From: Laetmonice hystrix
Lineage: Eukaryota
Assembly (NCBI GenBank): GCA_965235115.1
Contig: OZ249440.1
Coordinates: forward strand, 35,714,001-35,778,000
Reading direction: 5' to 3'
Length of the DNA: 64,000 nt
This document shows positions 12,736 to 25,116 of the stretch, piece after piece. Numbering within the stretch: position 1 is the stretch's first letter; the number at the start of each line of letters is the position of its first letter. The notes under the pieces were generated by a model. It did not search any database, was not told where the DNA came from, and worked only from the letters and a program-made list of their open reading frames with translations. The position numbers were made by a program, and so were the translations under genes.

Positions 12736-15700
12736 CTAGACGCCATGTAGCAGGGGCCACATGAGATCCCATCCCCTCTAGGAAGGATAGGCCTGCATAT
12801 TTACATAGCCTATGTAGCAAGGCCCTTTTTATGTCATTTGCTATGTATCCTTTCTTTTCCTTTTAAGAAGTAGGGCTTTATCTTGCATCGTTTCTGAGTT
12901 ATGAGCCTTAGAAGATGGCAATGACATCATTATGACGTCATATGTCCCATTACTGACTCTATCTTCCACCAGTTACAAGTTATAACCCTGAGAAAATATA
13001 GATAGCACCATTATGACGTCATAGTTCACGTGACCTGAATTATAGTGGTGTCAAACGAAAGAGAATGTATGATTTCCTATTAGTGTTTAATAGTAACTAT
13101 GGCTCTAACTTGAACCATTTACAAGTTATAGCCCTGAGAAAATATCGATGACATCATTATGACATCATCGCTCACGTGACCTAAAATAATATTGTGCGAA
13201 ATGAAAGAGCATATATATGACTTCCTATTTGACATCAATAGCAGCTATGCCTCTAAATTCAACCATTTACCATTTATAGTTCTGAGATAATATTGAAATC
13301 TTTATGCCGTCATAGGTCATGTGACCTAAAAAATAATCGTGTCAAACCAAAGATGTATGACTTCCTCATAAACCCAATGGTCAAAACCAAACATTGATAT
13401 CTTTAACCGTTTTCGAGATATCACTGATTTTTAGTTGAAAATGACCTAAAAGGGCCAACTTTGAGGGGCCATAACATGAAAACTACTGAATCTAGGGGGG
13501 CCATCTCGGAGTCAGAGACAGTTGACCTATTATGCAATCCAATGGTGCTGAAATCGGAAATTAGGTCAACTTGGCCGCCATCTTGGATTTTTCAAATTCG
13601 GGGAAAATGGGTCAAGTTTTTCATCTTAAACCTAATGCTGAAAACCAGACATTGATATCTTTAACGGTTTTCGAGATATCACTGATTTTGGTTGAAAATA
13701 CCCTAAAAGGGCCAACTTTGAGGGACCATCACATGGAAACTATTGAATTTAGGGGACCCATGTCAGTGTCAGAGACAGTTGACGTATTACCCAATTCAAT
13801 GATGCAGAAATCGGAAATTAGGTCAACTTGGCCGCCATGTTGGATTTTTCAAATTTAGGGGAAAATGGGTCACGTCTTTCATCCTAAACCCAATGGTGAA
13901 AACCAGACATTGATATCTTTAACCGTTTTCGAGATATCACGGATTTCTGGTTGAAAATGACCCAAAAGGGCCAACTTTGAGGGGCCATAACATGGAAACT
14001 ACTGAATTTAGGGGGGCCATCTCGGAGTCAGAGACAGTTGACCTATTATGCAATCCAATGGTGCTGAAATCGGAAATTAGGTCAACTTGGCCGCCATCTT
14101 GGATTTTTTAAATTCAGGAAAAATGGGTCATGTTTTTCATCCTAAACCTAATGGTGCAAATCAGACATTGATATCTTTAGCCGTTTTCGAGATATCACTG
14201 ATTTTTAGTTGAAAATGACCCAAAAGGGCCAACTTTGAGGGGCCATAACATGGAAACTACTGAATTTAGGGGGGCCATCTCGGAGTCAGAGACAGTTGAC
14301 CTATTATGCAATCCAATGGTGCTGAAATCGGAAATTAGGTCAACTTGGCCGCCATCTTGGATTTTTCAAATTCGGTGGAAATGGGTCAAGGTTTTCATCC
14401 TAAACCTAATGGTGAAAACCAGACATTGATATCTTTAGCCGTTTTCGAGATATCACTGATTTTTGGTTGAAAATGACCTAAAAGGGCCAACTTTGAGGGG
14501 CCATAACATGGAAACTACTGAATTTAGGGGAGCCATCTCGGAGTCAGAGACAGTTGACCTATTATGCAATCCAATGGTGCTGAAATCGGAAATTAGGTCA
14601 ACTTGGCCGCCATCTTGGATTTTTTAAATTCAGGAAAAATGGGTCATGTTTTTCATCCTAAACCTAATAGTGAAAACCAGACATTGATATCTTTAACGGT
14701 TTTCGAGATATCACTGATTTTTGGTTGAAAATGACCTAAAAGGGCCAACTTTGAGGGGCCATAACATGAAAACTACTGAATTTAGGGGGGCCATCTCGGA
14801 GTCAGAGACAGTTGACCTATTATGCAATCCAATGGTGCTGAAATCGGAAATTAGGTCAACTTGGCCGCCATCTTGGATTTTTCAAATTCGGTGGAAATGG
14901 GTCAAGGTTTTCATCCTAAACCTAATGGTGAAAACCAGACATTGATATCTTTAACCGTTTTCGAGATATCACTGATTTTTAGTTGAAAATGACCCAAAAG
15001 GGCCAACTTTGAGGGCCCATAACATAGAAACTACTGAATTTAGGGGAGCCATCTCGGAGTCAGAGACAGTTGACCTATTACCCAATCCAATGGTGCTGAA
15101 ATCGGAAATTAGGTCAACTTGGCCGCCATCTTGGATTTTTCAAATTTGGGGAAAATGGGTCAAGTTTTTCATCCTAAACCTAATAGTGAAAACCAGACAT
15201 TGATATCTTTAACGGTTTTCGAGATATCACTGATTTTGGTTGAAAATACCCTAAAAGGGCCAACTTTGAGGGACCATCACATGGAAACTATTGAATTTAG
15301 GGGACCCATGTCAGTGTCAGAGACAGTTGACGTATTACCCAATTCAATGATGCAGAAATCGGAAATTAGGTCAACTTGGCCGCCATGTTGGATTTTTCAA
15401 ATTTAGGGGAAAATGGGTCACGTCTTTCATCCTAAACCCAATGGTGAAAACCAGACATTGATATCTTTAACCGTTTTCGAGATATCACTGATTTTTAGTT
15501 GAAAATGACCCAAAAGGGCCAACTTTGAGGGGCCATAACATGGAAACTACTGAATTTAGGGGGGCCATCTCGGAGTCAGAGACAGTTGACCTATTATGCA
15601 ATCCAATGGTGCTGAAATCGGAAATTAGGTCAACTTGGCCGCCATCTTGGATTTTTCAAATTCGGTGGAAATGGGTCAAGGTTTTCATCCTAAACCTAAT

Positions 15701-17196
15701 GGTGAAAACCAGACATTGATATCTTTAACCGTTTTCGAGATATCACTGATTTTTAGTTGAAAATGACCCAAAAGGGCCAACTTTGAGGGGCCATAACATG
15801 GAAACTACTGAATTTAGGGGAGCCATCTCGGAGTCAGAGACAGTTGACCTATTATGCAATCCAATGGTGCTGAAATCGGAAATTAGGTCAACTTGGCCGC
15901 CATCTTGGATTTTTTAAATTCAGGAAAAATGGGTCATGTTTTTCATCCTAAACCTAATAGTGAAAACCAGACATTGATATCTTTAACGGTTTTCGAGATA
16001 TCACTGATTTTTGGTTGAAAATGACCTAAAAGGGCCAACTTTGAGGGGCCATAACATGAAAACTACTGAATTTAGGGAGGCCATCTCGGAGTCAGAGACA
16101 GTTGACCTATTATGCAATCCAATGGTGCTGAAATCGGAAATTAGGTCAACTTGGCCGCCATCTTGGATTTTTCAAATTCGGTGGAAATGGGTCAAGGTTT
16201 TCATCCTAAACCTAATGGTGAAAACCAGACATTGATATCTTTAACCGTTTTCGAGATATCACTGATTTTTAGTTGAAAATGACCCAAAAGGGCCAACTTT
16301 GAGGGCCCATAACATAGAAACTACTGAATTTAGGGGAGCCATCTCGGAGTCAGAGACAGTTGACCTATTACCCAATCCAATGGTGCTGAAATCGGAAATT
16401 AGGTCAACTTGGCCGCCATCTTGGATTTTTCAAATTCGTGGGAAATCGGTCAAATCCTGAACCCAATGGTAAAATTCCGAAAGATATCACCTTCACTCTA
16501 TTTTCAGTTGTTACCCGTGAAGAAAGCATTTTAGTAGTCTGTACCACAAATTGTAATTTTGGGCCATCGTACTTTTGTGAGTAGTACCTACAAATGGTGA
16601 ATGATATCAGGCTTTTTTAGCTTGTAAATTGAGTAATACTCCTTTCTTGCAATTTTACTCATCTTTGAGGTCACGTGACTCCCTTAATATAGGTCAAATC
16701 GCTCATCTCAAAACGTTCCTGTACTGAGGCCACTAATGTCCTTGCTTGAGTTCAGTTTTATGGAATTTCTTCAAAATTTGTGGGACTAGTAGGGATTTAA
16801 GTAACTGCAACATTTTGACCTTAGTGTCATATAGGTCAAAGGTCAAAGGTCAAATTGACCAAACAAAATTTAGGGGATCATGTCCCAATAACAATGGTAT
16901 GAGTTGTTTAAAAAAAATCTTCATTTTCAATGAAATATTGGCCTTTATATATGGAACCATTAGTACGTCATAACTCCATGACGTTACGTCATATGACGTC
17001 ATAACTCATTTGCATAGTAGAGAATCCCAGTACCTATCTCCCCACCAAGTTTCATTAAGATATCTTAAAAAATGACCAAAATACGACCATGGGTTAACGA
17101 CTACTACTACTACTACACCCTACATGTATAATAATAATAGGGAAGATGAAACCATACAACTTCAAGATCCCATCCCCTTCAGGGGGGATGGGATAA
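12736..17196 (-). mobile_element. Non-autonomous Helentron/Helitron (HINE/DINE-1-like) element carrying a satellite core
   Basis: On the - strand: 5' subTIR plus inverted repeat (ATCCCATCCCC..GGGGATGGGAT, 17165-17194), (TAG)n microsatellite near 17100, tandem core, 3' subTIR copy (12764-12777), terminal hairpin (12744-12763) and CTAG/TT end. Confidence 0.8.
13370..16475. repeat. 258-bp satellite, about 12 units, with a 5-unit (1290-bp) higher-order repeat
   Basis: AAAACCAGACATTGATATC recurs every 258 bp; diagnostic variants repeat at 1290 bp (identical or near-identical ORFs at 14235/15525 and 14721/16011). Confidence 0.95.
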
Positions 17197-18965
17197 TAAG
17201 AAGAAGAAAAAATGTTTCAGACATCGTATATGAAGCGAGGAAGCCTCTATTCATTCGCCAGGAAGGTGCTGGCCTTGCCCTATCTTCCTGCTGAACACAT
17301 CTCTTCGTGTTTTGCCACTCTGAAGAGCGAGGCTTGCGCCGAACTGACTCCCCTTATGGCCAAAGTGGAGTCTATTTTCAACTGGAACCAGACCCAGTTA
17401 TCAGATCAGCAGATTTACAAAATAACTAAATATGGTGAGGTACAAATGTATATATAATTTAACATGCAAAGTATAGCTACATGTATTGTGATTTACGCTG
17501 TCATTCTTATCAGATCAGCAGATTTACAAAATAACTAAATGTATTACACGTAAATTCCCGTCGGTATGGACGGCCATATAGGATGGTATAACGTTACGTG
17601 TATGTAAACAACGGTATGTGTGTGAAATTAATAAAAGCTGGTAAAAAAAACTTTTGTTGCTCTCATAGCTGATAAGTGTTACGGCTGACCAATGCAGGTA
17701 AAATAGGCTACAGAAAAAAAAACAGAGAAAATAATGAGAAAAGGAAGAAACTTACAGTGCTGTTTAATGTTGTAGTATTTCTTCTTGCCCATTATAGTTG
17801 TCCTTGGTGTCCTTCTATAAGATTGCGGATTCATTGCCCAAAGATAATCAACATGTAGATTGTATGGTGACCCCAACACAAAAAAAAACTTTGTGACAAT
17901 ATTGCGACTTCCTTAATTAATTAGCCGAGTTTTGCATGCTCACTTCGTTCATAAGCGTCTGCACATACATATTCTTGGAAAGATCCTATATAGCCTTTAA
18001 CTTGATATTGTCACAGTCTTGATTGGCACCCCCCCCCTGACCTTGGACATTGCCTGCGTGACGTAATCAATGTAGGATCATCAGCTCTTGTTACAGACAG
18101 TCATATGGAGATTATTGTTAAGTGGTTCGGTTTACCTGAAAGAACCTCTAGATAATATGTATGTGGATGAAACTGTGACATCACAATATTATTTTGAGCT
18201 CCAAGTTTATCGGCTGTTAGGAATTGTAAAATAAACACCATTATGGAACAGATTGTGTCTCTGTCTAGATTTTAATTTATTATAGACGTATTTAGGAAAA
18301 TCTTATTTACCTTGATCCAAAGCCTATGCCGAGTAGGCATATAATGATTATTTTCCAAAATCCCTAGGGCCTACTTGAGGCAGTTCTGGCGTAACTAGCC
18401 ACATGCAAAGACGACAGATCGTGATTTGGCTGGCTCCTCAAGTGAAGACGACACCAGTAATTAGAAACCTAAGTAATTAAATGAAATGGACAGGGTGCTG
18501 ACACTGCACTGCAGCAGTGCTGCTGACGCGAATGCAGTCAGTCATTTGTCAGATCAATCATAGGCTAAAAAGTGATTAAAACAGATGAATAGTTGCAATC
18601 AATTCAAGACCTATACTAGCAATGCCAAGATCCACCAGGTGGCGTGCGCAACCACTCTGAGCCATGGTGGCTGAAACATGACCTGGGTCTCACACAGGTC
18701 GGATTACGGGCCCTGACATAATAAATCCAACCTTAGGTCAGATCAAAAATTAGGTGGGACGATAGGCAAAATACCACGCGGCCTGAATATCCACGTGTGT
18801 CGGCTGTGAGCCGGGTTTCAAGGAATGAAATTCACCAGTTTTGTTTTTAAACCAGTGAGAACTTCAAGCTAAAGAATATTCGCTTAATATTTTATGTTAG
18901 AAATGCTGTTTAAACATTGTAGAATTGAATGATGTATATTTTGTTTGAAAAATCAAACGTACAGT

Positions 18966-19282
18966 AGTAGAAAACGGTCAAAGAGTTCACCCATCCCTCA
19001 GGTGGTTAAGATTGCTGCTCGGCCGGATTTGGAGTTTTGCCCTGTGGAGTTGCTCAGAACGTTCCTAGGGTTAGGGGGCTTCAGCCAGGGCCCTTTTTTG
19101 TTGCCCCAGGGGTTGTTCCATATACAATGGGGCGGATGTCCCATATGTTATGCTTGCTGTTCTGGGCCTGTGGATTGGACACCTCCCGTTTCAAGAGGCA
19201 CAGTTTCAGGATTGGGGCAGCATCGGAGGCCCATTCTAGTTGGCGTTGTCGTGGGGCAAGGGAGGAACTGTCAAGTCGGTGA
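18966..19282 (+). pseudogene. Tyrosine-recombinase remnant (DIRS/Ngaro-type)
   Basis: FCPVELLRTFL...GPF and CGLDTSRFKRHSFRIGAASEA contain the CPV box and HSFRIGAA catalytic motif; frameshifted. Confidence 0.8.
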
Positions 19283-19374
19283 AATAAAATTCTCTTTTTC
19301 CCGCAGCCGTGGGGAGGAGTAGTAGGCTGTTAAATAAGGTTGATCCCGTCTCACTCACTGGGTAGCCAAAGGAA

Positions 19375-19662
19375 GGGCATCAATAAACGAACTGAGCAAA
19401 CTAAACGAACTGAGATCGATTAGTCGTGCTACAAGTCCGTGACTTTAGGTATGACGTCACAGCCGGAAGTTAGTGCCTATTTAACAACAATTTTGGGACT
19501 AAACTACCCTAGGCCTAACCTTTACCCTAACCCAAACACACCATTTTGTGTCGGAATTAGTCAAACTAATTTAGGTCAGTTGTTTCCGTGTTGGTGTCAA
19601 TAGCCAGTCCCTATCGGGAATCCCCCCAGGCGTAACTAATCAATCTCAGTTCGCTGATGCCC
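19375..19662. mobile_element. MITE
   Basis: GGGCATCA...CGAACTGAGATCGATTAG versus CTAATCAATCTCAGTTCGCTGATGCCC; near-duplicated CAAAGGA(A)G flanks. Confidence 0.6.
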
Positions 19663-20550
19663 AAAGGAGCAGCAGTGAGCTGTGGCTGTATCGGTTTGTT
19701 TGACAATAACAGTGCAATATTTGTTTTATTGTTGTTGAGTGACAGGGAAGGCCTCTGTTGTGGTTGGGACCTTTGTGGACTGATGCACAGCTAACACATC
19801 AGAGGACATTTTAAATGGAGTAAGGAGTGAAGGTAGTGCAATCAATGTGTTTACTACACTCATGACAACAGTAATCTTTATTACCCGACTTGTTGTTTGG
19901 TTGGGTGATGGGCAGCCTTTGCTTGTCCCAAGTATAAAAGGAGGATGTGGTATCACTATCAGCATCATTTCTAATGAAAGATGGAACCACTCGAGCTACA
20001 CGCTGTAACAGGTTAGTAGAGTGAGACCTGAATAAAAGGAAACGGTTACGACAATAAGCCAAATCGGTATCTCGAGTGCGCATGTCCCCGAACAGCTTCC
20101 GGTCCGCGGCAGGGGGATAAACAAACCAAGTTGCATCATCGCATGGCCGTTCGTGGACGACTGTAATCACGGTGTTTTGGGTCGTTTCTCTTCGTCAGAT
20201 CAACACCATCATACATATCTGTGCAATGAAATGGTGTGGGAACAGCACCTACACAGTCGAGAGATGGAAACAAACCGTTTGTGGCACTCATTTCGCTAAA
20301 TTTGGATCGGACATGTGTAACTGTCCGAAGCCATTTCTCTTGTTTACATTCCCAAAGGATGCTGAACGCAGTGAGTGAGTGAGTAGTGGTGGTTTTCCGC
20401 CGTGCCGGCATCTGGGGCCATCTTCACGGCGAAAACAGGGTTAAAAAGACCATGAAATGAAAGGAACCTATTTTATCCCGGGCCCCAACGGGAATATCAT
20501 TAAAACACACTCCACCCCGTCAGCCCAACCGGGCCATCGACGAGCCTGAA

Positions 20551-23500
20551 CTATAAAAGAGTCAGAAGTCCAGCTTCTGACAAAAACTCTAAAATCACTC
20601 CTGGTCTGACATTGTTAAAAAGATCCTTAAGACTTGTCTCACTATAAAACCGTTGTCTGATCAGAGTAAAATCACCACACTCAAGTAAAAGATGCTTCAG
20701 TGTCAAAGGACACTGACAGCCATGACACTCTGGAGGTGGCTCCCCCTTGAATAAAAACACGTGGGTTAATCTAGAATGACCAATCCTGCATCGAGTATAA
20801 ACAATTTCATGCCTACGTTGGGTTAGGCCGTGAAGACACCTTTGGTTCACGACAGGACTGATCTGGTACAATTTATTGTTTGGTTGTTCATCCCATTCAG
20901 CCTGCCATTTGTTCTTAATGTATGCCCAGATGGTAGGTCTGAGGTCAGAGGCTGGGATTGGACACAGTTCGACGTCTGTTTCAAGAGCCCTCTTGGCAGT
21001 TCTGTCAGCTTGCTCATTGCCTGGGATACCAACATGCCCAGGCACCCAGCAAAAGTGAATATCAAAGTTTGCATTGGCAAGCACTGCCAACTTGGACAAG
21101 ATTTGAACGATCACCGGGTGATCTGTGTTCAAGTTAGCAAGTGCTTGCAGACAGGATAAGGAATCCGAGAAAATAAGGAAATCCTTTTCACTAGAAACTT
21201 CAATATTTTCAAGGGCAAGAAGCAGGGCCCGGGCCTCTGCTGAGAAGATGGAACTTTGCCCTGAGATGCGGGTGCCGAAGTTGTGCTTGCCATGAACTGC
21301 AGCTGCAGACACATCACTGCCATCCTTTGAGCCATCTGTATAGAAGGCATAATGTGAGGGGTACCTTGCCTGGACGCCAAGAAAATGTTCAAAATAAGTC
21401 AGGGGATGAGTCTCTGACTTCTTCAGTTGAGCCAACTGAAGGATGACGTCAGGCTTTTCCAGGTCCCAAGGAGGAATGTTGCAAAAGTGTGTCTGCCCCA
21501 GGACGTTCAGATCAATATCCAGTTCCTCTAGATGAGGTTTCACCCTCAGTCCAAAAGGACGTATGTACGTTTCCTTTCTTTCATATAAATGTTGGAACTG
21601 AGGGTGAAAAACGCAATTGTAAGCTGGATTTGAACTGTTTGTCCCGAGCTTGACTGCATACTGCAGAGCCAGCTTCAGACGCCTGTTGTCAAGCGATGGC
21701 TCTCGGGCCTCCACATAGAGGCTCTGAACAGGGGACGTTCTAAAAGCCCCAAGTGACAGCCGCAAACCCTGGTGGTGAACCGTGTCCAAAAGCCGAATGT
21801 AAGACTTACAAGCAGAACCATAAACTATGCTACCGTAATCGAGCTTCGACCGGATTAAAGCTCTGTACAGTTGTAAAAGGACTGTACTGTCTGCACCCCA
21901 GTTTGTGCCAGATAAAACCTTGAGAACATCCAGAGCCTTAAGGCATCTGGATTTGAGGGATTTAATGTGAGGGATAAAAGACAGCTTGCTGTCAAAAGTG
22001 AGTCCCAGAAACTTTGTCTCTTTAACAACCTTGATAGGATCTCCATCCATTTTCAACTCGGGGTCAAGGTGGAAAGCACGCAGTTTGCAGAAATGCATGC
22101 AGACCGTTTTAGATTTTGAAAATTTAAAACCATTTTCCACCGACCAAGTGTGGATTCTGTTGAGACAGAGTTGGAGCTGCCTCTCAATGGCATTCATGTT
22201 TTTGCCTCGGCAGCAGACGTCAAAGTCATCGACGAACAGGCTGCAGGGCATGCCAGTTTTAACCGAGTTAACAATGCTGTTGATCTTAATACTAAAAAGG
22301 GTAACGGACAAAATGCTTCCCTGAGGCACACCTAATTCTTGGCCGTGCAAGTCAGACAGGGTCGTGCCTACTCTGACTTGAAAATGTCTGTTGGATAAAA
22401 ACCGAGATATGAAAAGGGGCAAACGCCCCCTAAAACCCATATCATGTAAATCCTTTAAAATGCCGTACTTCCATGTCGTGTCGTATGCCTTTTCAAGGTC
22501 GAAAAAGACGGCAACAACATGTTCACGGTTGATAAAAGCATCTCGGATGTATGTCTCGAGTCTGATTAGATGATCAAGAGTACTTCTCCCTCGCCGGAAG
22601 CCACACTGAAACTCGGTTATGAGCTGCTCAGACTCCAGCTTCCAGACGAGGCGATCATTAATCATTCTCTCCATGGTTTTGCACAGGCAACTTGTTAAGG
22701 CTATTGGTCTGTAATTGTTAGCTTCACTATGGTCTTTTCCTGGTTTTGGGATGGGGATGATTATTGCTTCTTGCCAGGAAAGGGGTATATTACCAGTTAT
22801 CCAGATATTGTTGAAAATGTGAAGAAGTATGAGAAGGGTGGTATCAGGTAAATGTTTTAAAAATTGGTAATGTATTTTGTCAGGTCCAACTGCAGTGTCG
22901 TGTGATTTTTTAAGAGAGCATCTTAGTTCTTCGATGGAAAAGAGTTGGTTATACTCTTCTGTGTTGTTAGAGTGGAAATTTAGTTTTTGTTTCTCTTTTC
23001 GAGCACGAATGGCTTGGAATTGAGGGAGGCAGTTCCTGGAGGAGGAGTTTGTTTCAAAGGTTTTGGCCAGTTTATTTGCTATTTCATCTGTGGTGGTTAG
23101 TAGGGTGTCTTGGTGTTTTAAGTGTTGAACTCCAGTACCACCTCCCTTGCCTTTAAGTCTCCGTATCATGTTCCAGACTTTTTTGATAGGAGTACGAGAG
23201 GTCAGGCTGGAGACGTAGTCTCTCCAGCTCTGCCTCCGACTCTCTTTGCAGATACGGCGTGCCCTTGCTCTCATAATTTTAAAATTAGTAAGGTTCACTG
23301 CAGTTGGATGCCTGTTGAAAAGGCGTTCTGCTTTCTTTCGGTCTTTAATTGCCTGCTTGCAGTCTTCATTAAACCATGGATTTGAGACATGTTTGGGAAT
23401 CGTCGAGGTTTTAGGAACTGTCCTATCTGCAATGGAGATTAAAAGCGAGGTAAAATCATCCATTGCTTCAGCATCGTTAATGGTCTCTGCTGTGAATTCC

Positions 23501-24234
23501 TCCCGACAGAGGGTCTGGAAGGAGTGCCAGTCGGCTTTCTTAAGTTGCCACCGTTGTTGCTTTTCCCCTATATTGGGTCCTTCATATGAAAGGATGGTGG
23601 GAAAGTGGTCACTCCCGCAAAGGTCATCCCAGACCCTCCAGGAGAAATCCAGCAGCAGATCTGGTTCAGCTATTGCAAGGTCAATGGCTGTATAAGTGCC
23701 ATGACCGGGATGTAAGTATGTGTTTGAACCATTATTAAAAATGCATAGAGCATGATTATCAATGAACTCTTCAATCCTCTTGCCCTTGCCATCAGTTGTG
23801 GTGCCACCCCATAAGGGATTGTGGCCATTAAAATCTCCCAAAAGGAGATATGGAGTTGGCAGTTGACCCACTAAATCATTAAGATCCTGGTGGGCCAAGT
23901 TACTGTTTGGAGGAATGTATATGGAGCAGATAGTGATGGCTTTATGTAGAGTTAGGCGTATGGCTATTGCTTGTAATGGTGTGTCTATTGTAACAGGGCT
24001 ATGGATGAGATCTTGTCGAACCAGAATGGCTGTGCCGCCAGCAGCACGGTCACCATCTGGTGCAAAACCAAGGAAAGTCTGATAGCCCTTAAATGAGACT
24101 TTGTCTCGGGCAGTAAGAAATGTTTCTTGTAGACAAAGGGCAAGAGGATCAAGGTTTTCTGCTAAAAGTCTGAGCTCATTAAAATTGGCTCTAAAACCTC
24201 GACAATTCCATTGAAGGAAGCATTTGCCTGCCAT
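20551..24234 (-). CDS. LINE ORF2: APE endonuclease - reverse transcriptase - RNase H - Cys/His finger, 1227 aa
   Basis: QWNCRG, LQET, GDFNGH, SDHFP (APE); YRPIAL, QCGFR, DLEKAYD, GVPQGS, FVDD (RT); YTDGS, FSDS, WVPGH (RNase H); CHGC..H....C. No stops. Confidence 0.97.
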   Translation of the reverse strand: MAGKCFLQWNCRGFRANFNELRLLAENLDPLALCLQETFLTARDKVSFKGYQTFLGFAPDGDRAAGGTAILVRQDLIHSPVTIDTPLQAIAIRLTLHKAITICSIYIPPNSNLAHQDLNDLVGQLPTPYLLLGDFNGHNPLWGGTTTDGKGKRIEEFIDNHALCIFNNGSNTYLHPGHGTYTAIDLAIAEPDLLLDFSWRVWDDLCGSDHFPTILSYEGPNIGEKQQRWQLKKADWHSFQTLCREEFTAETINDAEAMDDFTSLLISIADRTVPKTSTIPKHVSNPWFNEDCKQAIKDRKKAERLFNRHPTAVNLTNFKIMRARARRICKESRRQSWRDYVSSLTSRTPIKKVWNMIRRLKGKGGGTGVQHLKHQDTLLTTTDEIANKLAKTFETNSSSRNCLPQFQAIRARKEKQKLNFHSNNTEEYNQLFSIEELRCSLKKSHDTAVGPDKIHYQFLKHLPDTTLLILLHIFNNIWITGNIPLSWQEAIIIPIPKPGKDHSEANNYRPIALTSCLCKTMERMINDRLVWKLESEQLITEFQCGFRRGRSTLDHLIRLETYIRDAFINREHVVAVFFDLEKAYDTTWKYGILKDLHDMGFRGRLPLFISRFLSNRHFQVRVGTTLSDLHGQELGVPQGSILSVTLFSIKINSIVNSVKTGMPCSLFVDDFDVCCRGKNMNAIERQLQLCLNRIHTWSVENGFKFSKSKTVCMHFCKLRAFHLDPELKMDGDPIKVVKETKFLGLTFDSKLSFIPHIKSLKSRCLKALDVLKVLSGTNWGADSTVLLQLYRALIRSKLDYGSIVYGSACKSYIRLLDTVHHQGLRLSLGAFRTSPVQSLYVEAREPSLDNRRLKLALQYAVKLGTNSSNPAYNCVFHPQFQHLYERKETYIRPFGLRVKPHLEELDIDLNVLGQTHFCNIPPWDLEKPDVILQLAQLKKSETHPLTYFEHFLGVQARYPSHYAFYTDGSKDGSDVSAAAVHGKHNFGTRISGQSSIFSAEARALLLALENIEVSSEKDFLIFSDSLSCLQALANLNTDHPVIVQILSKLAVLANANFDIHFCWVPGHVGIPGNEQADRTAKRALETDVELCPIPASDLRPTIWAYIKNKWQAEWDEQPNNKLYQISPVVNQRCLHGLTQRRHEIVYTRCRIGHSRLTHVFLFKGEPPPECHGCQCPLTLKHLLLECGDFTLIRQRFYSETSLKDLFNNVRPGVILEFLSEAGLLTLL

Positions 24235-25116
24235 CAAGGTGGTTTAACAGGCAAACGCCCCCTAGACTTTATTTTGGGGGAAAGGCTGCGACTACGACAA
24301 GGCGTAGCATCAGCCATTTCAACATCTTGAAGATGTTGAAATTTGTTTGTAAGTGCTATTGCACTATTGTTGGAGGCTGCCTTGGGCAGCCGATCTGTTA
24401 TTATTTTCTTTTTTTGTTGATGTTTTTTGGTAGATGGCTCTTTTGTACTCGGTTGATCAGTTTTTGGAGTTGGTTCTTTAGTACTCGGCCCGGCCTGTGG
24501 AGGAGGAACCGAGGTTGTCTGGCTCTGTGTTGAGGTGGATTTTTTTGGTGGCTGACTCGAGACAGCTTTCTTAGGCAGTTCATTTGTGCTGTCAGCGGGA
24601 TCAGGGTAGGTCACAGGTTTATTCCCCTTGACCCACACCATCTCCGTTTGACAAGCGAAAGTCCGTGTGGTAGGCTTAACAGCGGCAGCATAGGTTTTAA
24701 CTGTTGGCGGAAGCATATATTGCTCCACCAACTTTCGTGCCTCAGGGAAACTAAGTTTTCTCTCTGTTTTCACCTTTAGGATCTCTTTTTCCTTTTTCCA
24801 CACGGAGCATTCGCGTGAAACAGTGGAATGACCTTGCCCACAGTTGGCACATTTAGCAGGCTTTTCACAGCTTGTATGGTCATGTCCTGTTTCAGCGCAC
24901 TGAGAACATTTTTGTTCATTTCTACATGAGTCGGTCCCATGCCCAAACCTCTGGCACTTAAAGCAACGCAGAGGATTTGGGATATAGGGATCGACTTTTA
25001 CCTTAAGAAAGCCAATCTCGAGTTCATCTGGTAGAGTGGGCCTGTCGAACGTCAGAAAATATGTGTGTGTCTTGATGGCGTTACCATCTCGTTTCACTAT
25101 CAATCTTCTGACTTCC
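24234..25116 (-). CDS. LINE ORF1 (gag-like, three zinc knuckles), N-terminus lost to 5' truncation
   Basis: PYIPNPLRCFKCQRFGH..C, CSQCAETGH..C, CANCGQGH..C. Its TGA overlaps the ORF2 ATG (TGATG). Confidence 0.92.

Larger units (their letters stand above)
11593..17375 (+). pseudogene. Intron-containing MULE/Mutator transposase pseudogene; exons 11593-11859, 12353-12530, 17221-~17375
   Basis: WFVDSTFKVVGRPFDQLFSIH..QVPLAFALM / VVLDF..GCLFHWTQAVWR / RKVLALPYLPAEHI give the MULE D, D and CxxH motifs with AG/GT borders. One in-frame TAA and one frameshift. Confidence 0.85.
20372..25116 (-). mobile_element. I-group (I/Nimb-like) LINE, 5'-truncated within ORF1, ORF2 intact
   Basis: 14-bp TSD GATGCTGAACGCAG (20358-20371, 25117-25130); (TCAC)n tail; ORF1 plus ORF2. 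Confidence 0.98.

Noticed and set aside
13461..16235. Repeated 64-95 aa ORFs (MRGHNMET...)
   Set aside because: They are translations of the 258-bp satellite units, with no coding signature.
7352..23695. + strand ORFs overlapping the LINE copies
   Set aside because: Antisense shadows of ORF2.
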